From: Eledone cirrhosa
Lineage: Eukaryota
Length of the DNA stretch: 64,000 bases
Assembly: GCA_964016885.1 (NCBI GenBank)
Contig: OZ024756.1
Span: forward strand, 16,988,001-17,052,000
Direction of reading: 5' to 3'
Every line of letters starts with the position of its first letter. The stretch's first letter is position 1. The position numbers were made by a program, and so were the translations under genes. The notes below the pieces were generated by a model, which saw nothing but the letters and a program-made list of their open reading frames with translations, ran no database searches and was not told the DNA's origin. Below, one piece after another: positions 43,304 through 55,899 of this stretch.

Positions 43304-44750
43304 TATTGATAACACATGTAAAACAATACAAGAATACAAAAGAAAATACAACGTCCAATATTCGAGTTGTTTTTTTTCAAATTATGAGGAAAAAAGATGT
43401 TCTAAGTCTTCAGATTTCTGTGAAATATCTTTAAACAATACTTAGGTACTAGAAAATCTTGGACTTAAACTTCGGAGTAAAAATAAAAAAATAAAAACGC
43501 ACAAAATATTCATAGTATAGAATCGACAGCCAATAAACAAGATCCCAGACCTCGTCAAATCGGACCGAGGAAACAATGTTTCCATTGGTCTTTCCAAAAT
43601 AAATATAAAATTAATCATATTATCTTTCAAACTACCACTACAACACTAACTTATATAACAGTCGATCAACAAAATCCCAGACCTCATTCACTTAACGAGT
43701 GGGGTGGAGCATGTCAAATCGGACCAAGGAAACAATGTTTCCATTTGTCTTCCCAATTGCTAATACTATCTACCGATCGCAATTCTAGGCAGAAGGAGCA
43801 ACGTGAAATAAAGTGTCTTGCTCAAGGACATAACGCATCATCGCCCGGTCCGGGAATCGAACTCACAATTGCGAATCCAATTCTCTAACCACTCAGCCTT
43901 CACAAAGTATAGAATATGTTGGCTAAATATTAAACATCTAAGAAAGTATGTACTTTATAATTAAATTCTAAATCGTATGGAAAAGCGAAACTCCAAGTTG
44001 CCACGTGACAAAATCGCAGCCTTTACAGAGTTGAGTTGATTTACAGTTGTATATAAACATGAATGACTATAAAATAATTAGAAAAAAAAACCACTACAAA
44101 TATTTAAAAACGAAAAAGGAAAGGAAAATAAAGGGCTCTATGGCGACAGAAAGATGGGAGGAAGAAAGGGGTGGTGAGCTCTGGGGTTAGGGCGCGGGCA
44201 AGACCGCAAAAGTATCCCCGCGGACAATGGCCAGCGACACCCATCACCCCACCCACCCGCGAATCTCCCTCCTCAGGCGGGCAGCTGACGTTCCGATCCC
44301 GCGAAGGATCTCGGCAGCACTGGGTCCGAGCACGCCCGAGACTCCGACGGCGACCGGCGCGAAGGGGAAGCGGCCAGACAATCCCCCGTATTTGTTTGTT
44401 TTCCGTCCCTCTGCATGGCGGGCTGCAGTACTGGGGTTTGTGACCGAAGCAACTAAGTTGGAGGCGGAGAACATATCACAACATGTGGTGTGTCCCAGAT
44501 GAGGGATCTACCTCCCTCGAATGGGAAGAGGATAATTCCGTGTTTTCACTATATACATATATTTCGTTTCTGAATTTGTTTAGCAAGATTCTGTATTTGA
44601 AAACGTGTGCTGAAACCGATATTGTTATACTTTGGGAGGGTCATGTTGCCAATAAGAAACACATGCACCAGTTGCTTTCACTTCAATTTATTATAAGAGC
44701 ACTCAATACATAAGGACGGGTTTAGTAGGAATAATTACAACAGTGATATA

Positions 44751-44803
44751 AACAGGTACTTAAGTTTCGTTGGTTTCTGGACCCCAACTCATTCGGCCGG
44801 TCA
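44751..44803 (-). ncRNA. Hammerhead-like motif (H5), decayed left-arm copy
   Basis: gaccgg-CCGAAUGA-guugg..ccaac-GAAAC uuaa GUA^ccuguu. Confidence 0.5.
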
Positions 44804-44847
44804 TAATAAAAATAAAAATGGACATCACTATTTTTCCTTTTTCTTAT

Positions 44848-44900
44848 GACAGGCTGAATGAGTTGGGGTCCAAAAACCCAACGAAACTTACGTACCTGTT
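44848..44900 (+). ncRNA. Type I hammerhead-like motif with a one-base core insertion (H5)
   Basis: GACAGG-CUGAAUGA-GUUGGG guccaaaaa CCCAAC-GAAAC uuac GUA^CCUGUU; all three stems pair. Confidence 0.68.
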
Positions 44901-44910
44901 TATGTCACTG

Positions 44911-44977
<67 letters not shown>

Positions 44978-45992
44978 TGTATGTACATAAGGGATGTATC
45001 GATAAGCAAATTGATCAATTAGCAAATAATCGCCTTACCTTATTGGCCGATACCGATTATTTATAATATAATATTAAAATGCGTATTATAATCAATTGTA
45101 AGTAATATATTATAAAATTTCATAATCCATCACAATTATGGAGCTATTATCTGAGTTGTGACTGGTAGACAGTATCAGCTATGGAAAAGACAATGGAAAC
45201 ATTGTGCCCTTGGTCCGATTTGACGAGTTCCACCTCACACGGTAATCTGAGAACACATGACGACATTAGACCGTATATACTGTATATGTAGGGTCCCGTA
45301 ACTCCTGATAGAGTTGTAGGGACGCCGTAGTGACGCCGTAGTGACATACGGCGTTTCTTGGGCATTTTAAACCTGGTGGAGCCCATCCCTCTCCAGGCCC
45401 GAATACAGCAGATTTCTTCCAGAGAAAGATAGAAAGTGAGAGAGAGGAAATGAGAGAGATATAGAGGAAGAATCAACCTCAGTACTAGACTGGTACTTTA
45501 TTCTATCGACCTCGAAAGGATGAAAGGCGAAGTTGACCTCGGCGGTATTTGAACTCAGAGAGCAGAACGCCAGAACGAATGCCATAAAGCATTTTATCCG
45601 ACGTTCTAACGACTCTGCCAATTGATTTTACCGAAGGAGGTGATATATACGTTATGATTTAAGAATTCTTAAAATTGAACATTATATTTTATTTTTCTTA
45701 AGAGCAACTTAAGATAACGGGCATCATTGTAATATTTAAACACGTATTTAAAAAAAAAAAACCCCAAGCAAATTAAACACGTATCCTCTCAGAAGGAGAG
45801 GGGTGTCCCGCTTCTACTTTGACACCCTTTAACCTACAGATAGAACGAAATTAGGGATACATAATAGTAGTAAACTGGCAAAACCCTAGCGAAACTAGTC
45901 GCATTGTTCTCCAGTAGGTTCTGTAGAGAGAACACTTAGGTTTAACAACGGAGTATGTTTTCACAGCGAAGCTTGAAATAGCAGGAAGAGAG

Positions 45993-46028
45993 TCTTAACG
46001 TTTCGGACACTAGTCCTTCATCAGAAGA
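45993..46028 (-). ncRNA. Minimal type I hammerhead motif (H4) with palindromic stem III
   Basis: UCUU-CUGAUGA-a-GGAC uagu GUCC-GAAAC GUU^AAGA. Confidence 0.8.
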
Positions 46029-46390
46029 TAGAGTTGGAAATAGAAGATAAATAGAAAGTAAAGAGGGATGAGAGGAAGGAACGGGGAATATATATATATA
46101 TATATAACCAAAATTAAATTAAGGATGTCGTGTTTGAGAATATCAGAAACATGCGCCATACGACCTGTAGAATAAGCTCAAAGATTCTAAGAAGTAAATC
46201 CGAGCATTTATTAGCATTAAATTAAAAATCGATTCGCATATATATATATAATAAAATAAACACATCAAACAATTACATGGGATTATTTGTAAACACCGTA
46301 AACACACAGAGTTACGTAGGTAACATTAAAAATTAACGAGAATCGAATATTGCAGAGTGAGTATGTATCTATGTATGTATGTATGTGTAT

Positions 46391-46464
<74 letters not shown>

Positions 46465-46545
46465 ATGTCTCTTTCTCTTAATTTCGAGTATATTTTTTTG
46501 ACCGGCCACCTTCCTGGTGGCAAGGTTGTAAAAGAAAAGAAATTG

Positions 46546-46897
46546 TCATCCCTTGAATCGCAAGAATGTTTTGCAAATTTTGAAGGTGCCAGCTATCGCA
46601 GCCATTTGTAGACTATGAATTAGGGAGCTGTGCTTTTTGTCCGCAAATCCAAGTTCAGTCATGCTTTGGTCCAAGCGGGTTGGTATATAACCCGTAGCTC
46701 CAATAATGATGGGTATGAAGCTAAAGGTGTATCTTGGATACTGGATTTGTAAACTCCTCATCAATGGTCCGTAGATGTCCTCCTTCTCCTGTATTTTTCT
46801 GACAACGTTGACATCAAGTGGGCAGCTGATCTCCACAACAGAACACGTTTTCAATGTAGCCCCAAACAACAATATCAGGCTGGTTGTGCTTTAATTT
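46546..46897 (-). mobile_element. C-terminal restriction-like endonuclease fragment of an R4/Dong-like non-LTR retrotransposon
   Basis: KHNQPDIVVW, a frameshift, then CSVVEISCPLDVN-KIQEKEDIY-IPIIIGATG-LQMAAIAGT, i.e. the PD-(D/E)xK RLE pattern; 5'-truncated and flanked by microsatellites. Confidence 0.8.
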
Positions 46898-46977
46898 GGT
46901 ATGTATGTATGTATGTATGTATGTATGTATGTATGTATGTATGTATGTATGTATGTATGTATGTATGTATGTATGTA

Positions 46978-47074
<97 letters not shown>

Positions 47075-47097
47075 GTGTGTGTACGCACACACGCGCG

Positions 47098-47145
<48 letters not shown>

Positions 47146-47410
47146 GGAACGATCGACTTTCGTCAAATCGGACCGAGGAAACAATGTTTCCATTGGTCTT
47201 TCCAATTGTTAATACTATCTATCGGTCGCAACTCCGAGTAGAAGCAGCAACGTGAAATAAGTCTGTTGCTAAGGACATAATGCATCGCCCGGTCCAAGAA
47301 TCGAACTCACAACCTCACGATTGCGAATCCAATTCTCTAGCCACTCAGCCACACGCCTTCACTCTAACCCCCCAGCCACACGCCTTCAGGATATATATAT
47401 ATATATATAT

Positions 47411-48120
47411 ACTGGGTTCAATCGGGGTTAACCACAGTAAGTAATGTACTCAATACATAGTAGAGTATATACAAGATTTTATATAGAAATGGTTTCTATA
47501 GGACTAGACCTGTTTCATTCGAAGGAAATCATCAAGAGACAGTTCTAGTCCTGTAGAAGCCATTTCTATATAAAATCTTGTCTATACTCTACTATGTATT
47601 GAGTACCTTATTTACTGTGGTTACACCCGATTTAACCCAGGATATATATATATATATAGTGTGTGTGTGTCGGGTTGGATCGGGTGTAACCACAGTAAGT
47701 AAGGTACTCAATGCATAGCAGAGTATAAATGTTTAATATAGAAATGGCTTCTACAGGACAAGAACTGTTTCATTCGAAGGAAATCATCAGGAAAGCCCTA
47801 CATAGTAGAGTATATATAAGATTGTATATAGAAATGGCTTCTACAGGACTAGAACTGTTTCCTGATGGTTTCCTTCGAATGTAACGTTTCTAGTTCAGTA
47901 GAAGCCATTTCTATATTAAATATTTATACTCTGCTATGTATTGAGTACATTACTTACTGTGGTTACACCCGATTGAACCCAGGATATATAAGTTTATCCC
48001 GGGTTCAATCGGGGGTACCACAGTAAGTAAGGTACTCAATACAAAGCAGAGTATAAATATTTAATATAGAAAAGGCTTCTCCCGAATGAAACAATTCTAG
48101 TCCTGTAGAAGCCTTTTCTG
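47411..48120. mobile_element. Cluster of three fold-back units of the H1 hammerhead-bearing element
   Basis: The unit gggttcaatcgg..accacagtaagtaaggtactcaatac..gaaatggcttctacaggactagaactgtttcattcgaaggaaatcatcag alternates in orientation; same family as 62109-62350. Confidence 0.8.
47746..47797 (-). ncRNA. Type I hammerhead motif (H1)
   Basis: GGCUUUC-CUGAUGA-u UUC cuuc GAA u-GAA ACAG uucuuguc CUGU A^GAAGCC. Confidence 0.7.
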
Positions 48121-48183
48121 TATATATATAGTTAAAGAAAGAAGAGTAACATGGTTGGCTGTACAATAAGGGCTTTATTTAAA

Positions 48184-48295
48184 GTACTGACAATTGTGTT
48201 TCGTTGATCAGGTGTGTTTAGAGTTCGCTAATCGCTTGAGTTGCGTCAATCGATCTCCAATACATTGTTTACCACTGATCAACACATCAGAGCAC
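48184..48295 (-). ncRNA. Hammerhead-like motif with long stem II loop and A9U core change (H7)
   Basis: GUGCU-CUGAUGU-GUUGAUCAG (about 60 nt loop) CUGAUCAAC-GAA ACA caau UGU C^AGUAC. Confidence 0.55.
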
Positions 48296-48468
48296 GTAGA
48301 TATTCTTTCTTTAACTATTATTACTCCTAGTATAACCTGCATAGAAATTACCGCGAACTCGCTACATAACTATGGAAACATCTTGTTGAGTCAAACAAAG
48401 CCGTACGTTAAAACTATCCACGACGCGGAGTACTCTAACTGGATTACCTATAACGATAACTTGTTATC

Positions 48469-48520
<52 letters not shown>

Positions 48521-49189
48521 CCTCAACAAACACTAGACAATTCTGAAGTGGAAAGTACTTATGTTCGGTGTGGGTAAGAAATGGTTGTCCTGTTACTATA
48601 GGACTGTAAAGTCTGTGTAACAGTGTCTGTCTATAGACCTCTCTAGTATTGAGGTAAAAAAGGAAACGAGAAAATGGATGAGTAAGACGGAAAGAATTAG
48701 TGTATGATTAGAGTTAGTTGCAAGACCAGGTCAGTTGAGTTAGTGCACAAAGTTGGAAGGGTAGAGGTGGAGAGAATATATGTTGGTGATCAATGAAATA
48801 AATAATCGATAGAATTATGACATGCGCAAACAAGGACGAGAGATGAAATAGATGTTGGCGAGGTTTGACCTAAAATGCCACTTGAGAAAGAAAATGTAGT
48901 TTTTAAATTGTTAAAATTTACCCGAGTTACTGTAAGGATGAAATTTACAAACCGTATCTGGAAATTAATGGTCATACTTTACAATTTCCGTAAGCGTGAG
49001 ATTCTGTAACTGGAGGGATGTAAAATGCCGGAACAAATACAGGGTACCTACAAAGTCACTAGACAATTTTATATATATATATATATTTGTATAAAATTGT
49101 CTAATGACTTTGTGGACACTCGGCATTTTATCCCGCTATTTTGTCAGTAACAACTTGAAACAATCCACCGCTATACAATAAGAATGGTG

Positions 49190-50237
49190 TTTAATTTAGG
49201 TACAATCACAGCAATTTGGAGTGGGATTGATTAAATCAACCCCAGTACTTGATTTGTACTTTATTTATCGACCTCGGAAGGATGGCGGCCAAATTCGGCG
49301 GGATTCGAGCTCAGAACGCAGAAAAACAAAACACCGCACAGCATCTTATCGGACGCTCTAACGACTCTATCAACCAACTACCAACCTAATAATAATTTGG
49401 GGTAGGGGAAAGTCGATTAAATCGATCACCATTGCGTGACTGGTACTATATTTTTATCGAGCCCGTAAGGATGAAAGGCAAAGCTAATCTCGACGGGATC
49501 TGAACTCAGAACGTAAAGGGCCGTAGCTCTATACCGCGTAGCAGGGTATCCGACGCTCTACCGATGCTACTGCCATTCCATCGCCCTCCCCTAATAATTC
49601 TTTCTACTTTTGGCACAAGTCCAGTAATTATCCCATTGTATTACTGGTACTTTATTTTATCGACCCCGTAAGGATGAAAGGCAAAGTTAACCCCGGCGGT
49701 ATTTGAACACAGATCATAAAGGACCGTAGCTCTATGCCACGAAGCATCTTGTCCGACGCTCTACCGATTCTATTGCAAATCCATAATAATAACAATATAA
49801 ATAACGATTTCTTTATTAACCACAAGGGTTTACATACAGGAAAACATTAAAGACGGCACAGGGCGACACAAATATGGGTTTCTGCGTGTATAAAAGGAAA
49901 CACAACAATAACAAAAGATCTAACAAAAATTAGAAAAAAAGACATCCCCCCAATAGTAATAATTGTTTCTACTTTTGGCACAAGACCAGCAATTATTCCA
50001 GTGTATTACTGGTGCTTTATTTTATCGACCCCGTAAGGATGAAAGGCAAAGTTGACCTCGGCGGGATTTGAATTCAGAATGGAAAGGGCCGTAACTCTAT
50101 GCGTCAAAGCATGGTGTCTGACTCTCTACCGATACAATAATTGTTTCTACTTTAGGCACAAGGCCACCAATAACTCAGTGTATTACTGGTACTTTATTTT
50201 ATCGACCCCGTAAGGATGAAAGGCAAAGTTAACCTCT
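49190..50237 (-). mobile_element. Cluster of five co-oriented SINE family A copies
   Basis: Copies at about 49190-49370, 49400-49590, 49597-49770, 49960-50135 and 50137-50237. Confidence 0.85.
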
Positions 50238-50529
50238 GATGATGTTTAATTAGGGTGATGATTTTTTTAATTTTTATTTATTTAATTAACATGATTATCA
50301 GGTTAGACTCGATGAGAAAACATGAAGATATGAAACGCGCTAGAGAAAATGATAATATTAGTTTGTGTGAAATAAATTTAAAAAGGCACTTTAAGAATGT
50401 ACTTTTAAAGATGTATGGCGGCTTACGTAGATTTTAGTGTGAAAACTTAAGGTTTAGCCAAGCGAGACTTGAAAAGCGGGTCGTGGAAATAGAACAATAC
50501 ACATTTACATAAACGAACAAATAATACAT

Positions 50530-51080
50530 TGAAATGATACACACATACACACACACTAACATACAGACATAGACATAACAGACATAAACATACACACACA
50601 AACTGACATACATAGATACACAGAAACTAACACACATACATAGACACATAGAAACACACACGCTGTCACACAGACAGACACGCGGACACAGAAACAGATA
50701 CACACACACACACAGTCACACAGAAACAGATACAGTCACACAGAAACAGACACATACACACAGAAACAGAGATACAGACAGACACACAGGCGTAGAAGCA
50801 GACATACACACAGGCGCAGAAGCAGAAACAGACACGCACATATACACATATATAGACATATACTGACATACACACAGGCGCAGAAACAGACACACACATA
50901 CATACAGGCGCAGAAATAGACACACACATACATACAGGTGCAGAAAGTGACATACACATACATACAGGAGCAGAAATAGACACACATACATACAGGCGCA
51001 GAAACAGACACACACATACATACAGGCACAGAAACAGACACACATATACATACTCAAATACTAGTAGACAGACACACACA
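50530..51080. repeat. AC-rich minisatellite (acacaggcgcagaaacagacacacatacat)
   Basis: Direct observation. Confidence 0.8.
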
Positions 51081-52029
51081 CAATATTAGGTGTGTGTGTT
51101 TAATAGACAACCTAGTTTTAGTATTCGTTTTAGTCCACAATGCAATCACCTAGTTTTTCGTTCTAGCAAACGTAAAGACATACACACATAATACAACGTT
51201 GTCTCGTGGTAATTCACACACATACATACGCTAACGCATACATATATAAAGATTAATACAGCCAGAAGCTAACACCACTATCATATATAGACAAAATAAT
51301 ACAGGCACACGGTAACGTTATATATACATGTGATATAGAGAATGTATGTATATATATATATGTGTATGTGTGTGTGTGTGTCTGTGTGTACTTTTATTTT
51401 ACATACGTAACACGTAAAACATACACATAACCAGGGCGTACACACACACATATTTAATATATGAAATACACACGTAGTTATACGCAAATGCATATATTCA
51501 CGCAAGTAGGAACATATTTCCGTACACACACGCACACACACATACACACACACACAACAGTACACGCTCATAAAAAATAACACATACAGATACACGCACG
51601 CACACACAGATGAGCGCGTGCGCAGCGAGCAATGTAAAAGTACATCTAGCTTGGGTGCTCCTCCTACCACAGCTGGCCTAGTAATAGCTGGCATTTAATA
51701 ACAGCTTCTTTCTCTCTTGTTCTCCTCACACGCAAACCTTATCTCTCACTTCTTCTCCAAACACACATACAAACCCTCTCTCTCTCCTTACTTATTCCCC
51801 CGCCTTCTCCTGTATGCTCTTACGTCTTTACCACCACCACCGCCACGATTTTACCAATTTTTATTAGCTCTCTCTTTCTCTCTGTCTTTCATATTAACAC
51901 ACGCCATTACACAGACACATGGCATTACACACGGACATACTCACACACATACACACGCGCGCGCGCGCAAAGACACACATGTGTAGACTATTTTACGGTT
52001 TATTGAGAGAGAAAGAAAGAGAGGGTATG

Positions 52030-52635
52030 TTGATAATGGTTGTTGATAGTGTTGTTATGGTGGTGGTGGAGATAGATGCGGCGATGGAGATAGTAGTGGT
52101 GACGGTGATAGGTGAGGCGGTGGTGGTGGAGATAGTAGTGGTGGCGGTGGTGATAGTAGCGGTGGTAGTGATGATGATGATAGAGGTGGTGGTGGTGTTG
52201 AAACATGCAGAAAAAAAATCAATATTTTTGCATTTATTTCTTTCACCATAATTTGAAGAAATACAGATTTCTTGTACAGCTGCACTTTAGCTTGGTTTGA
52301 TGTGGTTTGATGTGGTTTGGTAGGGTTTGATAGTGTTTGGTGATGTTTTCTGTGATTGGTAGAGGTTTGGTAGTGGTGCGTGACTTGGTAGGTGTTTTGG
52401 TGTAGTTTCGTAGAAGTTTAGTCGAGGTTTGGTGGTGGTTTGGTCGAGGTTTCGTGGTAGTTTGGTGACGATATGGTGAGGTTTGGTGGTGGTGTGACTT
52501 CGTAGATTTTTTAGTGGTGGTGGTGGTTTGGTGTGATTTGGTGGTGGTTTGGTAGATGTTTAGTAGTGGTTTTGGTAGAGGTTTGGTGGCGGTTTGGTAG
52601 TGGTGGTTGCAGAGGTTTGGTGGGGTGGTGGTGAC
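52030..52635. repeat. GT-rich low-complexity region ((GGT)n then ggtttggt-like)
   Basis: Direct observation. Confidence 0.8.
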
Positions 52636-53174
52636 AACAAATAGTCATGACTGTGTAATTAAGGAGTTCATTTCACAAACACATGGTTTGGTATTCAGCC
52701 CCACTGTGCAATACCTTCACCAAATGGCTTCTATTTGAGCCACAAGTTAAGCCATGTGGGTGGGTGGGATTTGGATGACAGAAATTACAGAAGCCAGTCA
52801 CACGCACACACACACAAACATATATATATATATATATAATTGTTTCTACTTTTGGCACAAAGCCAGCAATTAACCAGTACATTACTGGTACTTTATTTTA
52901 TTGACCCCGTAAGGATGAAAGGCAAAGTTAACCTCGGCGGGATTAGAACTCAGATCGTAAAGAGACGTAACTATGCTGGAAAGCATGGCGTCCAACTCTC
53001 TACTGATACTGCCAATTCACGAGACAAACGACAACAGAAACACAAACCCTCCATCTCAATTTTTCTTTTGAAAATCATATTCTTAAGACTCCAGTTGGAT
53101 TTTCAATTTCTTTTCCTTATATATATATATATACGATATTAACAAATGGAAACTATATTTATAAAACCATATTT

Positions 53175-53237
53175 ATTTCATTATACATATTTCAAGGACA
53201 CCAAGTTAAATTATGGTGTGCTTTCATCAGATAAAAT
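53175..53237 (-). ncRNA. Type I hammerhead motif (H2)
   Basis: AUUUUAU-CUGAUGA-aagc ACACCA uaauuuaacu UGGUGU ccuu-GAAA uaugua UA^AUGAAAU. Confidence 0.72.
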
Positions 53238-53569
53238 ATAATATAGAGCAGTTTTATAAATAAATATTGACATACCCTTAAAGAATGCAACCATTACTGT
53301 TGGAAGCTCCCGGAGCTTCCAACAGTAAACAACCAACATATACTCAAAATATATATTTATATATCTATATATTTATAAGAGGAAGGCATGAACGGGGGAA
53401 GTTTCCCTTCATCAGTTGTCTGCTGAAGATCACAGACATTTCTACGCATTAAAGACAATGTCTGTGATCTCCAGCAGACAACTGATGAAGGGAAACTTCC
53501 CCTGTTCGTGCCTTCCTCTTATTTATAAATTCACTTTATCCAGCAACTACACAGCCCCTGTTTCTTCAC

Positions 53570-53659
<90 letters not shown>

Positions 53660-55601
53660 AAATAAAAAGGACGATTTGTTATGCCTTCATTACGTTTATT
53701 AAGTAGTGACGCACGTTTCGCTATTGATCAGCTCAAGGTTCGATCTGTATGGAACTAGCCCGACTCTGGAATCAAAAGCTTGTCAAACTTCTGCTGTGGT
53801 AACGTAGGCATAACAAATAGTCCTTTTTGTTATTGGCAGTATCGGTAGAGAGTCGGACACCATGCTTTGAAGCATAGAGTTACGTCCCTTTATGATCTGA
53901 GTTCAAATCCCGCCGAGGTTAACTTTGCCTTTCATCCTTACGGGGTTGATAAAATAAAGTACCAGTAATGTACCGGGTAATTGTTGGCCTTGTGCCTAAA
54001 ATAGAAACAATTATAAGTACAGTCTGATTACTTCTACACCTCTTTACCAACTGGAAACTATGTATTGAATGCTCATTTGGGTGAACCTACAGTAACTGGA
54101 CCTTACATTCCCTATATATATATATATATATATATCAAGGGTGGCGCCTCAGCCGGATGGCTGGAACAGGTAAAAGCGTAAAAGAGTAAAATATATAACA
54201 ATTATAAAATTGGTCGTTTTGGAAGCCTCAACAATGCAGATGGGTAAATTTCCGGGTAAGAGAATCAGGTGGTAATGAGAGAGATGTAAGAGGAAATGTA
54301 GAATGAGACGTATAGGGTGTAGAGCAACATAGGAGAGAGTGTAAAAATAATTGTTTCTACGCTTGGCACAAGGCCAGCAATTACCCAGTGCATTACTGGT
54401 ACTTTATTTTATCGACCCCGTAAGGATGAAAGGCAAAGTTAACCTCGGCGGGATTTGAACTTAGAAAGGCAAGGGCCGTAACTCTATACGTCAAAGCATG
54501 GCGTCCGACCCTCTACCGATACTGCCTATCCTCCGCCCTTAAATATTGTTTCTACTTATATATACATACATACATACATATATATATACACATGCATACA
54601 TTTATATATGTGTGTGTGTGTGCAAAATGTAAACAGAAACAACAAAGCAAACAACACAGTATAATGAAGAAATATATATAAGAAGATAGAATGAGAAATG
54701 AAAGATGAAATAAAAAGATAAAGAGTGGGAAAAGGAGGGAATGGAGAATTTTTTTTTAGAAAAAGCATTGGTGGTTAGTTTTGTCACTCTGTACATCCAT
54801 GTGATCATCAGATAAGACTCATACATATATATACATATACCACATGTTGGTACCACAACATCCAGTCCGAAACAAATGAGGTCGTGTAGGTGTCACGACA
54901 AAAAAACACACAGTCCACGCTGTAATGTGGCCGTGTAGGTAACTCCCAGTTCCACACTGTAAACGTGGTTGGTGTTAGGAAGGGCATCCAGCCGTAGAAA
55001 ACCCGCCAGACAGTCCTATACGAGCAAGACAACCACTCTTGCCTCAAGTGGGAAAACTCCCGTCCAAACCCATGCAAGCGTGGAAGATGGACGTTAAACG
55101 ATGATGATGATGATGATGATACATATATGAAAAAATTCAGGATCCCGACGGCTGAGCTCCTGCCGTTTTGACAGCTAGATCGGAACAGCCGGAGCTCAGC
55201 CGTAGGGGGGGTTCCTGAATCTTTTCATATTACCCACTCTACTTCTCCAAGTATCAAGTACTCTGGTGGGTTATGGTCCACCTGGTATTTTACCACACCC
55301 TATCTGATATATGTATATATATGTATATATATGTGGCACCTAACCCATCTGAGATGTACTGACTTGGTCAGTGAAGACCTGTCCAACACTTGCTAGCAGG
55401 GAAAACAGATATTAAATGATAATGATGAATTTGATGATGATGATGATATTTGGTTCCCCTGTTCCTCGTCTGTCTAGTCTCAAACCATGACCACTCATCT
55501 AACCCATGCAAACATGGAAAGTGGACGTAAAATGATGACATAAAGGTATCTGACTTTATTTACCTGCTCCTCTCACCAAAGGAAATAATGATGCTAGAGA
55601 G

Positions 55602-55772
55602 CAGTGCTGGATTTACCATTGTGCTTAAATGTGCTTAAGCACAGGGCCTCATTGGCTAGGGTGGGCAGCCCACCTTCCTGCCAAAACCTTTTTTACAATG
55701 AATTTTTCAAATGTTTCGGGGCGTCATAACTTAACTAGCACAGGTGCCTCATTTGTCCTAAATCTGACAGTG
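55602..55772. mobile_element. Probable hAT-type MITE
   Basis: cagtgctggattta ... taaatctgacagtg are imperfect TIRs, with internal agcacagg(g/t)gcctc repeats. Confidence 0.45.
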
Positions 55773-55899
55773 CTTGCTGGATGTGTCAGTCGCAGTCATG
55801 CAGCCAGCATGTGATGTATCACACTAATTACTCATTATATTATAATTTCACACAGTTCTGCCAAGAAGGGTCCTGAGATCCTCCGGAGTACCATGATAA

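Noticed and set aside
52290-52635. Telomere-like GGTTT repeats
   Set aside because: Irregular and not a (TTAGGG)n array; treated as low-complexity sequence.
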